The notes beneath the pieces were generated by a model. The model did not search any database and was not told the origin of the DNA. It saw only the letters and a program-made list of their open reading frames with translations. DNA of 64,000 nucleotides from Vicinamibacterales bacterium. Its GTDB lineage: Bacteria; Acidobacteriota; Vicinamibacteria; Vicinamibacterales; UBA823. Each line of letters begins with the position of its first letter. The stretch's first letter is position 1. The position numbers and the translations under genes are program-made. The stretch lies in the NCBI GenBank assembly GCA_036012125.1, contig DASCOS010000002.1, positions 13,021 through 77,020 on the forward strand, read 5' to 3'. This document shows positions 1 to 8,564 of this stretch, one piece after another.

Positions 1-20
1 CGGCGTGCCCCGAAGCGGGT

Positions 21-935
21 TTGAATTCTTCAAAAGACGCGCCGTTGATACCGAGAAAAGCCTACGATGTTCCGCTTGCGAATGAGGGTGTTCTTCGTCT
101 TGGTTCCCGCACGCTAATTATGGGCGTCGTTAACGTGACGCCGGACTCTTTTTCGGGCGACGGTCATACTGACCCTGCTCAGGCGATTGCGAAAGGGCTT
201 GCCTTGGTTGATGCTGGTGCCGATATCTTGGACGTTGGTGGAGAGTCGACTCGGCCGGGTGCAACGCCACTTGACGCGGAGACAGAGGAGCGTCGCGTTG
301 GGCCTGTGATTGAGGCGTTGGTAAACCAAACTAATGTTCCTATTTCAGTTGATACTTACAAAGCGGGTGTAGCGCGGGCTGCCCTGAATTGTGGGGCTTC
401 GCTAGTCAATGACGTTAGTGGGCTAAGGTATGATCCGAACCTAGCTGGGGAAGTGGTGGTGCGACGAGCTGGACTAATTTTGTCCCATACACGGGGTCGT
501 TCGAGCGACATGTACAGCCAAGCCAGCTACAAAGCAGTAGCCGAGGAAATTATTACGGAATTAGAGTGGAGCCTAGAAGCTGCTTCCGATGCAGGAATTC
601 CTAGGGAACACGTGATCGTGGACCCTGGACTCGGTTTCGCCAAGCGCGCCGAGCACAGTATGGCCGTACTTGGCCAACTCGACCGGTTTCGTTTACTTGG
701 TCGTCCGATTCTTGTGGGTCCTTCTAGGAAGTCCTTTTTCACGGCTGTGCTTGGAGACGTCCCGCCGGACGAGAGGGAATGGGGCACAGCTGGCGCTGTT
801 GCAGCGAGTGTGTTGTTGGGAGCCCATGTGGTTCGCGTACACGGTGTTCGTGAAATGGTAGACGTTGTGCGTGTCGCGGACTCGATTCGGATGCATAGGG
901 AAGGCATCGGCTTTACTGCGGCCGATCAATCTTGA
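21..935 (+). CDS. folP: dihydropteroate synthase
   Basis: 304-aa ORF with pterin-binding motifs IMGVVNVTPDSFSGDG, DILDVGGESTRPGA, SVDTYK, NDVSG. The TTG start at 21 is provisional because the frame is open to the window edge. Confidence 0.9.
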   Translation: MNSSKDAPLIPRKAYDVPLANEGVLRLGSRTLIMGVVNVTPDSFSGDGHTDPAQAIAKGLALVDAGADILDVGGESTRPGATPLDAETEERRVGPVIEALVNQTNVPISVDTYKAGVARAALNCGASLVNDVSGLRYDPNLAGEVVVRRAGLILSHTRGRSSDMYSQASYKAVAEEIITELEWSLEAASDAGIPREHVIVDPGLGFAKRAEHSMAVLGQLDRFRLLGRPILVGPSRKSFFTAVLGDVPPDEREWGTAGAVAASVLLGAHVVRVHGVREMVDVVRVADSIRMHREGIGFTAADQS

Positions 936-961
936 AGTCAACTCTGTGAGGAACTTATTCA

Positions 962-1768
962 ATGATCGACTCACTGTCAGCGTTGGCGGGGCGGGTGCCG
1001 GGTAGCCTATGGGACATTATCGACATAGCGATCGTTGCCTTTCTCATCTATGAATTCCTGAAACTGATCCGGGGCACTCGTGCTGCGCAGATGGCCCTGG
1101 GGATCACTTTGATAGTGGCCTTGTTTTACGTTTCCCGCTTGGCTCCGTTGCAAACGGTCAACTGGTTGATTCGCAACATGGTGGGCTATGTGGTGTTCGC
1201 TGGAATTGTGCTATTCCAGGCGGATATACGGCGAGCCCTTGCTCACTTCGGGCGCGGACCGTTCTTTCGGCATCTCGCGCGTGACGGCGATGACGACACC
1301 ATCGAAGAAATTGTTGTTGCAGCGGCGCAATTGGCTGCGCAACGTGTTGGTGCACTTGTAGTGCTGGAGCGCGCCATCGGTTTACGCAGTCACATTGAAA
1401 GTGGCATTCGGCTTGACGCGGCGCTGACCTACGATCTCTTAATTAGCATCTTCCAATCGACCTCACCGTTGCATGATGGCGCAGTAGTCATCCAGGAAGA
1501 TCGCGTTACTGCCGCAGCCTGCTTTTTACCGCTAACGGTCAACCCACGGCTCGGACGAGAACTTGGTACGCGGCATCGGGCAGCAATAGGGGTATCCGAG
1601 GAGAGTGACGCTGTTGCGGTTGTTGTTTCCGAGGAGACAGGACAGATTTCGCTTTCGCTCGGAGGTCGGATCGAAAGAGATCTTAGGCCTGATGAACTGC
1701 GAAAGCGGCTACAGGCCCTCGTCATGCGCTCGCAATCCGGATGGGAGCCGGTCGCAAATCTGCAATGA
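962..1768 (+). CDS. cdaA: diadenylate cyclase (c-di-AMP synthase), membrane anchored
   Basis: Three N-terminal TM helices followed by a DAC domain with motifs HDGAVVI, GTRHRAA, SEETGQISL. Sits in the conserved cdaA-cdaR-glmM order. Confidence 0.9.
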   Translation: MIDSLSALAGRVPGSLWDIIDIAIVAFLIYEFLKLIRGTRAAQMALGITLIVALFYVSRLAPLQTVNWLIRNMVGYVVFAGIVLFQADIRRALAHFGRGPFFRHLARDGDDDTIEEIVVAAAQLAAQRVGALVVLERAIGLRSHIESGIRLDAALTYDLLISIFQSTSPLHDGAVVIQEDRVTAAACFLPLTVNPRLGRELGTRHRAAIGVSEESDAVAVVVSEETGQISLSLGGRIERDLRPDELRKRLQALVMRSQSGWEPVANLQ

Positions 1769-2676
1769 TTGTAAGAATCTTTCGTTACCTCGGCTTAAAA
1801 CTAGTGGCCCTAGGCTTGGCAATTCTGCTCTGGTTCGCTGTGGCGGGCGAGCCGTTCGTCGAACGTGGATTACGAGCACCACTAGAATTTCAAAATATTC
1901 CCGAAGGCTTTGCGCTGTTGGGGGAGGTGCCGAGTACAGTCGATGTTCGGTTGCGTGGTGCGTCGGCACTACTCGGTGGTTTGAATTCGAGCGACGTAGT
2001 TGCTGTAGTGGATCTTGGTTCAGCGAAGTCGGGGCGCCGACTTTTTCACTTATCGCCGGACGAAGTCCGTGTTCCGTTTGGAGTGGAGGTGGCACAAGTC
2101 TCACCATCCACGATCCCACTAGCACTCGATCGGACGGGTCGACGCTTCGTTCCGATCGTACCAGTGATTGAGGGAAACCCGGCCCCGGGCTACGTTGTGG
2201 GCGAAGTTTCTTCCCTGCCAAAGAGCGCGGAAGTTGTAGGGCCAATGAGCCAGCTGACTGAGCTTGAGGAAATCATCACCGAGCCAGTATTAATTACGGA
2301 TGCGACTGAAACCATTGAAATCCTAGTCGGCGTGGGGGTTTCAGACGGAGCGTTGTATCTCCCGGAAGCTAGTCCGACCCAAGTGACCGTTGAAATTAGG
2401 CCGGCGGATCCGCAACGGGTAAGTCGCCGAGTCACGTTAGTTTTGAGGAACCTAGCCGCCAGCCTGCATGTTAGCCAGGACCCACCGATTGTCACCGTAT
2501 GGGCCCAGGGACCCCGGGCGGCGCTCGACGGGTTTCGGGGTGAACTAGTTGACGCTTGGGTTGATCTTACCGGTCTCAACGCGGGTCACCACACTCTGCC
2601 GGTTCAAGTTGAGCTAGGTCCAGAGCTCGTCGTGGACGAGATCGACCCGGCTGTTGTTCAAATAGAAATTCGTTGA
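1765..2676 (+). CDS. cdaR: YbbR-domain protein, CdaA regulator-like
   Basis: N-terminal TM helix followed by repeated beta-rich YbbR-like segments. ATGA overlap with the cdaA stop at 1765-1768; the ORF track starts at 1741. Position between cdaA and glmM supports the call. Confidence 0.7.
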   Translation: MIVRIFRYLGLKLVALGLAILLWFAVAGEPFVERGLRAPLEFQNIPEGFALLGEVPSTVDVRLRGASALLGGLNSSDVVAVVDLGSAKSGRRLFHLSPDEVRVPFGVEVAQVSPSTIPLALDRTGRRFVPIVPVIEGNPAPGYVVGEVSSLPKSAEVVGPMSQLTELEEIITEPVLITDATETIEILVGVGVSDGALYLPEASPTQVTVEIRPADPQRVSRRVTLVLRNLAASLHVSQDPPIVTVWAQGPRAALDGFRGELVDAWVDLTGLNAGHHTLPVQVELGPELVVDEIDPAVVQIEIR

Positions 2677-2705
2677 TCGGGCAATCTTCCGTAACACCCT
2701 TTTTC

Positions 2706-4049
2706 ATGACTCAGCGCTTGTTTGGCACCGACGGTATCCGTGGCGCAGCCGGAAAGTTTCCGCTGGATGGGCCGACGGTGATCCGGATCGGTGCCGCCCT
2801 AATGCGTTCTTTAGACCAGAACCATCTGGAAAAATCGGTTGTTATCGGTCGCGATACCCGCGAGTCAAGTCAATGGATTGAGCATGCTCTAGCAGTTGGC
2901 GCAGCGGCTGAGGGGGCTCGTGTTACGAGCATCGGTGTTGCACCGACGCCTGCGGTAGCTTTTCTTACAGCGTCAGGCGGATTCGATGCAGGGGTCGTGA
3001 TTTCAGCCTCCCACAATCCCTATGGAGACAACGGGATAAAGATATTCACGGCGGGCGGTATCAAGCTCAACGAACAGCGTGAAACGGCACTGGCCAAGAT
3101 CGTCCGCGACGATTCTTGGTCTACCCCTGACGCTGGGAGTGCCCCCGTTGTCGATTCAGAACTTCTTAGTTTGTATCTTCAGCACATCCGTTCAGTGCTG
3201 CCTAACCCGACCGGACTTGGGCCGATGCGCTTGGCTGTAGACTGCGCCAACGGTGCTACGGTAGGCGTCGCGCCGCGCTTGTTTGGCGAACTCGGTTTCG
3301 AAGTGATCACGACTGGTTGTGAACCGAATGGACGTAACATCAACGACGGATGCGGATCAACGCATCCCGAACACTTGTCACAATTCGTCAAGGCACGAGA
3401 ATGTCCAATGGGCGTTGCCCTTGATGGTGACGGCGATCGCGCTATTTTTGTTGATGGTCGCGGCCATATCCTTGATGGCGATAAGGTGTTATTTGTCTGC
3501 GCGAAACATTTACAGTCTGAAAATCGATTACGGGGCGACGCGGTTGTTGCAACTGAAATGAGCAACGTGGGATTAAAAATCTCCTTGGAAGACTTGGGGA
3601 TCACCCTTGTCCGTTGTGCGGTCGGTGACAAATACGTCATGGAGACGCTAACGGAGCAGAAGTTAGCACTCGGTGGAGAGCAATCGGGTCACATTATCTT
3701 TCCCGATATCCTTCCGACTGGTGACGGACTCCTGACGACGCTGATGATATTGCAAGCGATGACGGCGACTGGACGCGAGCTTGACTCGTTGGCCGAGGAA
3801 TTGATGGTTTATCCGCAGGTTCTGGTCAACGTTCGCGTGCGCGAGAAGACGAATCTCGAAACACTCCCGGATGTTGCTGGGGTCATCGCTGAGGTTGAAC
3901 AGCGGGTGGTTGAGCAGAGGGGACGCCTCTTCGTACGGTATTCAGGCACCGAACCAGTGCTGAGGATTATGCTTGAGGGTCGAGACCAGTCCAAGATTAA
4001 ACACTGGGCTGAGAAAATTGCAGAGGTCGTGGAACGGCGGCTGGGTTAA
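2706..4049 (+). CDS. glmM: phosphoglucosamine mutase
   Basis: N-terminus LFGTDGIRG, phosphoserine loop SASHNP, metal site DGDGDR, GEQSGH. ATG at 2706 is preferred over the TTG at 2673. Confidence 0.92.
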   Translation: MTQRLFGTDGIRGAAGKFPLDGPTVIRIGAALMRSLDQNHLEKSVVIGRDTRESSQWIEHALAVGAAAEGARVTSIGVAPTPAVAFLTASGGFDAGVVISASHNPYGDNGIKIFTAGGIKLNEQRETALAKIVRDDSWSTPDAGSAPVVDSELLSLYLQHIRSVLPNPTGLGPMRLAVDCANGATVGVAPRLFGELGFEVITTGCEPNGRNINDGCGSTHPEHLSQFVKARECPMGVALDGDGDRAIFVDGRGHILDGDKVLFVCAKHLQSENRLRGDAVVATEMSNVGLKISLEDLGITLVRCAVGDKYVMETLTEQKLALGGEQSGHIIFPDILPTGDGLLTTLMILQAMTATGRELDSLAEELMVYPQVLVNVRVREKTNLETLPDVAGVIAEVEQRVVEQRGRLFVRYSGTEPVLRIMLEGRDQSKIKHWAEKIAEVVERRLG

Positions 4050-4119
4050 GGTTCGGTGCGCCTCTACAGTATCATTGGTTTGAAATGCGTTGTTCTGTTG
4101 GGTACCAGTTGGGTTGTCG

Positions 4120-4731
4120 ATGAAACGTGAAGCGCTCGTCCTGCTTGCTTCGGGCACTTTGTTCGGATTGATCGTTGGTTGGGTGCTGGGTAGCCAGGAA
4201 CCGGCTGGGCCCTCAGAGCCACCAGCGGTTGTTACCCAGGCCGAAGGCGCGGGTAGTGCCGTTGAAGGTGCAACCCCTCCTCCCTTGGATGAAGCGCGCG
4301 TAAGGGAACTCATGGCCGAAGCAGAGCGTGATCCCCGTGACGTTGTGACCCGGACAATGCTTGCCAACCTCTACTTTGCTACAGATCGATTTCGGGAAGC
4401 CATTACGTGGTATGAGGCGTCCCTCGCGCTCAATCCGGACGATGTGAATGTGAGTACCGACCTAGGCGTTAGCTATTACTATACAAACCAGCCTGACCGC
4501 GCGCTTGAGCAATTCATGTATTCACTCGAGGTCGAACCAGAGCATGTTAAGACGATCCTGAATCTTGGTATCGTCCGCGCTTTTGGTAAGCAGGATCTAG
4601 CTGGGGCGGCCGAGGCTTGGGATCGTGTGATAGCGATTGCGCCAGACAGTCCTGAGGGTCTGGCAGCGCAGCAGGCCTTGGAGAGTCTACGCTCGGCCCA
4701 CGCCGGTGACGTGGGCACGACTGGATCGTAA
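4120..4731 (+). CDS. TPR-repeat protein with N-terminal membrane anchor
   Basis: TM segment ALVLLASGTLFGLIVGWVLG followed by about 3-4 TPR-like repeats (LANLYFATDRFREAITWYEASLALNPDD...). Confidence 0.7.
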   Translation: MKREALVLLASGTLFGLIVGWVLGSQEPAGPSEPPAVVTQAEGAGSAVEGATPPPLDEARVRELMAEAERDPRDVVTRTMLANLYFATDRFREAITWYEASLALNPDDVNVSTDLGVSYYYTNQPDRALEQFMYSLEVEPEHVKTILNLGIVRAFGKQDLAGAAEAWDRVIAIAPDSPEGLAAQQALESLRSAHAGDVGTTGS

Positions 4732-4774
4732 ATTCTAGGGTAGGCCTACCAAAATTCAGGCCTTCGCGATACCG

Positions 4775-5020
4775 ATGTGGATTGGCTGGTTTCTTAGGAT
4801 TTTGTTGATCGTTGTGGGGCTCAGGGCTCTTTGGAAGTTCTGCGCAGGTGTTATCGAAGGTGCTCAAGGGAAGCGTCGAACGGTGCACGGAAGCGTCCCC
4901 CTCGTTCGTGATCCAGTGTGCGGTACTTACGTCGTCCGTTCACGAGCCGTCGTGCTTCGGCAGGGTGGTCAGATAGAATATTTTTGTTCTAAGACTTGCC
5001 AGCGTCGCTTTAGTACTTGA
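4775..5020 (+). CDS. small membrane-anchored YHS-domain protein
   Basis: N-terminal TM helix followed by a DPVCG...x...YFCSKTCQRRF pattern typical of YHS metal-binding domains. Confidence 0.6.
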   Translation: MWIGWFLRILLIVVGLRALWKFCAGVIEGAQGKRRTVHGSVPLVRDPVCGTYVVRSRAVVLRQGGQIEYFCSKTCQRRFST

Positions 5021-5065
5021 GTCGGTTGTAATGGTTTTTAACCGATTTGGTGCACCTGCTCTGCA

Positions 5066-6028
5066 ATGCCACCTTCAATACTCCTCACAAGCCGCGTGCC
5101 ATCTTCGGTGCTGACGCGACTTAAGACGGTCGGTCAGGTTGAGTTGGTGACGGATCATCTAACGCCCGCAGCGTTACAGGAGCGCGTGCCAGGAAAGCGT
5201 GCGCTTGTATGCGTAACCACCGATCGCATTGACTCAGCAGTCATAAATGCTGGCTGTGACCTCAAGATTATTGCAAACATTGCTGTTGGCTACGACAACA
5301 TCGACTTAGCGGCGGCAGCAGGCCGAGGTATATCTGTCACGAATACACCGGGGGTGCTAACGGAAGCAGTAGCCGAGCTAACTTGGGGAATGATCCTGTC
5401 GGTCACGCGGCGGATGGTTGAAGGGGATAGGCTGATCAGGCAGAAAGCTTGGAAGGGTTGGGCGCTCGATTTCATGCTTGGGATGGAGCTTAGCGGTAAA
5501 CAGTTAGGGATTATCGGTCCAGGCCGGATCGGTCGCGCAGTGGCGGCGCGAGCCCCAGCATTCGGGATGGAGGTTGTTTTTGCGAGTCGTTCCCGAGAGA
5601 CTGTTGTAGCGAGCGAAAAGGCTTTGGTGCCGCTTGATGAACTTCTAGTCACATCAGATATTGTTTCGTTGCACGTTCCACTGAAGCCAGAGACTCGACA
5701 CTTGATCAACCGCCAAACGCTGGCGCGCATGAAGCGGTCTGCCTATCTGATTAACACGGCTCGGGGGCCAGTGGTTGATGAGGAGGCGCTCAATTGGGCT
5801 CTCGACGAACGCCTAATTGCCGGCGTTGCACTTGATGTATTTGAAAGAGAGCCCGAGGTGCATCCGGGATTGTTACAGCGTTCGAACGTCGTGTTAGTGC
5901 CTCATTTGGGGAGCGCAACCCACGAAACACGCGTGGCGATGGCGGACTTGGCCGCACGAAACGTTGAAGCAGTTCTTCAGGGCCGACCGCCATTAACCCC
6001 GGTTGTGCAGGCGGACACTAAGCCGTGA
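5066..6028 (+). CDS. D-isomer-specific 2-hydroxyacid dehydrogenase (glyoxylate/hydroxypyruvate reductase-like)
   Basis: NAD fold GIIGPGRIGRAVA. Catalytic region NTARGPVVDE, DVFEREP, PHLGSAT. Confidence 0.85.
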   Translation: MPPSILLTSRVPSSVLTRLKTVGQVELVTDHLTPAALQERVPGKRALVCVTTDRIDSAVINAGCDLKIIANIAVGYDNIDLAAAAGRGISVTNTPGVLTEAVAELTWGMILSVTRRMVEGDRLIRQKAWKGWALDFMLGMELSGKQLGIIGPGRIGRAVAARAPAFGMEVVFASRSRETVVASEKALVPLDELLVTSDIVSLHVPLKPETRHLINRQTLARMKRSAYLINTARGPVVDEEALNWALDERLIAGVALDVFEREPEVHPGLLQRSNVVLVPHLGSATHETRVAMADLAARNVEAVLQGRPPLTPVVQADTKP

Positions 6029-6726
6029 GTAAAGTGCGTCCGGCATCTCGAGCAAAATTACGCCGTCGGTCACCTGTAGCGTCCATACTCCGCCAGTTGG
6101 GACAAGCGATTCAACAGCTGGAGGTGCCGGCGATGGAAAAAATTGCTGACGGTAATGTAGACGAGGCGTTTCGGGTCCTTGTCGGAACGATGCTTTCGGC
6201 CCAGACGAAGGATGCGGTGACTCTGGCCGCGTCTACCCGACTATTTGAAGTTGCGACGACCCCAACTGTACTTGCTCAATTATCCGTGCACCGGATCGAA
6301 CGGCTGATTTACCCTGTGAGTTTCTATCGCCATAAAGCCAAGCACGTCAAGGCCACGAGCCGGCTACTTCTGTCACAACACGGTGGCAAGGTTCCGACGA
6401 CGATGGGAGAGTTGCTCGGCCTGCCAGGTGTTGGACGCAAGACTGCTAATCTGGTGTTGACCTTGGCTTACAAGAGTACTAGCAACATCTGCGTAGATAC
6501 TCATGTCCACCGGATTTCCAACCGGCTTGGCTGGGTGAAAACCAAGACGCCCGAACAGACCGAACAAGCACTGTATGAAGTTGTCCCTCGGCGGTGGTGG
6601 CCACGGGTAAATCAATTCCTAGTCACGTGGGGACAGAACGTGTGTAGACCAGTCTATCCAGTCTGTGAGCGGTGTGCTATCGAAGATGCATGCCCTCGTC
6701 TCGGCGTGACACGAATCGGGCGATGA
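6025..6726 (+). CDS. nth: endonuclease III (HhH-GPD DNA glycosylase, 4Fe-4S)
   Basis: HhH motif LPGVGRKTANLVL, catalytic VDTHVHR, and Fe-S loop C-x6-C-x2-C-x5-C (CRPVYPVCERCAIEDAC). GTGA overlap with the upstream gene. Confidence 0.85.
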   Translation: MSKVRPASRAKLRRRSPVASILRQLGQAIQQLEVPAMEKIADGNVDEAFRVLVGTMLSAQTKDAVTLAASTRLFEVATTPTVLAQLSVHRIERLIYPVSFYRHKAKHVKATSRLLLSQHGGKVPTTMGELLGLPGVGRKTANLVLTLAYKSTSNICVDTHVHRISNRLGWVKTKTPEQTEQALYEVVPRRWWPRVNQFLVTWGQNVCRPVYPVCERCAIEDACPRLGVTRIGR

Positions 6727-6751
6727 GTTGCAACGTCAGCGCTTCGGATGC

Positions 6752-7099
6752 CTAGTGCGATGACTTTACGAGATCGGTATAGCGCGCTTTGTCGAACCCG
6801 AAGGCGACATGGCGCCCAACGATCAGCACCGGGCGGCGAATGAGTTTTGGGTTGTCAGTCATTAGAGCGATCGCCTCACGTTTCGACTTCGGCAGAGCAC
6901 GGCGTTTGAACACAGGGCTCCGCCGGCTAACAAAGTCGAGGAAATCTTCGTGATGGACATGCCGCTTCAAGAACACCGATGAGGGCGGAGTGCGCTCGAT
7001 ATCGCGGATGTCAATTGTGGCACCGAGCTATTTCAGAAAACTTCTGGCGTTACGGCAAGTCGTTCATCCTGGCTTCCAGTACATCGTCACGTTGGCCAT
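6752..7099 (-). pseudogene. ArsC/Spx/YffB-family thioredoxin-fold gene interrupted by an in-frame TGA (candidate Sec at the catalytic Cys position) and an in-frame TAG
   Basis: A single frame runs from ATG 7099 (RBS GGAGTAGGAGAG upstream): MANVTMYWKPG-TGA(7066..7064)-TTCRNARSFLK-TAG(7030..7028)-LGATIDIRDIERTPPSSVFLKRHV... through to the stop at 6752. That is 115 codons, which is full family length. The C-terminal motif NPKLIRRPVLIVG..FGF is typical of the family. Confidence 0.6.
7034..7046 (-). promoter_or_regulatory. SECIS-like hairpin candidate downstream of the in-frame UGA
   Basis: The mRNA forms CAGAA-GUU-UUCUG (5-bp stem, G-first loop) starting 17 nt after the UGA. This is within the spacing described for bacterial SECIS elements, but the stem is short. 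Confidence 0.3.
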
Positions 7100-7211
7100 T
7101 AGCTCTCCTACTCCACGCCATTATGCGGATCCAGGGTGGGCTTTCAACTTACAATAGTCAGAACCGCTGGGTCTAGTCCGGGTTCCGATTCGCGGTAAGC
7201 TTCTACGTGGT

Positions 7212-7853
7212 GTGCTGACCGTTAACGAGATTTTCCATTCAATTCAGGGTGAGTCGACGCATGCCGGTCGACCCTGCGTATTCGTTCGTCTCACAGGGTG
7301 CGACTTACGCTGTACTTGGTGCGATACTGCCCATGCTTTTTTCGAAGGCCGGAAGATGTCGGTAAATGAGGTCATGTCAGCCATTGAATTGTATCCGTGT
7401 CGTCTCGTAGAACTAACCGGGGGCGAACCGCTGTTACAGGACGACGTATATGCGTTGATCGACCGTTTACTCCGCAAGGGATGGAAAGTGCTAGTTGAAA
7501 CCGGCGGGCACGTCCCATTAGAGCGCGTGCCATCATCCGTTGTTAAGATCGTGGATGTGAAGTGTCCGGGTAGTGGTGAGGACGAACAACACGACTGGAA
7601 TAATCTCCAATGGTTAACGGAGCACGACCAAGTGAAGTTCGTTTTACGGGATCGAATAGATTACGAATTCGCGCGTAATACGGTTGTTGAACGCGACCTA
7701 GTAGCCCACTGTGCCACTGTTTTAATGTCTCCGGTGCATGGTTTGTTGGCTCCGGAGACACTTGCTAAGTGGGTATTGGCTGATGGACTTCAAGTACGCG
7801 TTCAACTGCAGGTGCACAAATATATTTGGGGTGCTGATGCTCGGGGAGTCTAA
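7212..7853 (+). CDS. queE: 7-carboxy-7-deazaguanine synthase (radical SAM)
   Basis: N-terminus EIFHSIQGEST and cluster motif CVFVRLTGCDLRCTWCDT. Confidence 0.9.
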   Translation: MLTVNEIFHSIQGESTHAGRPCVFVRLTGCDLRCTWCDTAHAFFEGRKMSVNEVMSAIELYPCRLVELTGGEPLLQDDVYALIDRLLRKGWKVLVETGGHVPLERVPSSVVKIVDVKCPGSGEDEQHDWNNLQWLTEHDQVKFVLRDRIDYEFARNTVVERDLVAHCATVLMSPVHGLLAPETLAKWVLADGLQVRVQLQVHKYIWGADARGV

Positions 7854-7862
7854 CGATACACG

Positions 7863-8564
7863 ATGAATGCGGTTGTGTTATTGAGCGGAGGCCTAGATTC
7901 CTATACGGCAGCTGCGATGATCCAGCAGCAGGGATTCAGTCTGCACGCACTAACTGTGCGATATGGGCAGCAGCATGAGCAGGAATTGTCGGCCGCGCGA
8001 GCGGTCGCACGTGCCCTTCGCGTAGATCAGCACCGCGAACTTGCCGTTGATCTAGCAGCGTTTGGTGGTTCTTCGTTAACCGGTAACGGCCAGATTCCGA
8101 AATCAAACACGACGGCAAGACCTAGCGACCAATCCACTGCAGGTATTCCATCGACCTACGTGCCAGCCAGAAATAGCGTGCTTCTCTCGCTGGCACTGGC
8201 GTGGGCCGAGGCAATTGGCGCTCGCGATTTGGTCATCGGTGTGAACGCGGTTGACTATTCTGGCTACCCAGACTGCCGGCAGGTCTTCATTGATGCTTTT
8301 GAGCGTTTAGCGGCAGTGGCTACAAAAGCTGGTGTTGAAGGGGAAGCGTTCACTGTGCATGCACCGCTCATTCAACTGTCGAAGGCCAATATCATTCGTC
8401 AAGGGATCACATTGAATCTGGATTACGGGCTTACCCATAGTTGCTACGACCCGAAGCTTGATGGGCAGCCGTGCAAAACCTGCGATAGTTGTCTCCTGCG
8501 CGCTCGAGGCTTCCGCGAGGTCGGTCTACCCGACCCAGCGTTATCTCTGGGATTAAATGCATGA
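7863..8564 (+). CDS. queC: 7-cyano-7-deazaguanine synthase
   Basis: PP-loop VVLLSGGLDS and C-terminal Zn cysteines CYDPKLDGQPCKTCDSCLLR. Confidence 0.92.
   Translation: MNAVVLLSGGLDSYTAAAMIQQQGFSLHALTVRYGQQHEQELSAARAVARALRVDQHRELAVDLAAFGGSSLTGNGQIPKSNTTARPSDQSTAGIPSTYVPARNSVLLSLALAWAEAIGARDLVIGVNAVDYSGYPDCRQVFIDAFERLAAVATKAGVEGEAFTVHAPLIQLSKANIIRQGITLNLDYGLTHSCYDPKLDGQPCKTCDSCLLRARGFREVGLPDPALSLGLNA

Noticed and set aside
7028-7030. In-frame TAG in the ArsC-like gene (and at 41098-41100 in hemL) as evidence of TAG reassignment or pyrrolysine.
   Set aside because: TAG terminates several well-defined genes in this window at their expected ends (nuoH, nuoM, the M28 peptidase gene). The hemL locus is clearly truncated, so ordinary nonsense mutation or sequencing error is more parsimonious.
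7100-7211. A possible preQ1 riboswitch upstream of queE. The segment CUGGGUCUAGUCCGG recalls the preQ1-I loop sequence.
   Set aside because: P1 pairing is weak, and the conserved A-rich 3' tail that completes the pseudoknot is absent. A covariance-model scan would be needed to revive this.
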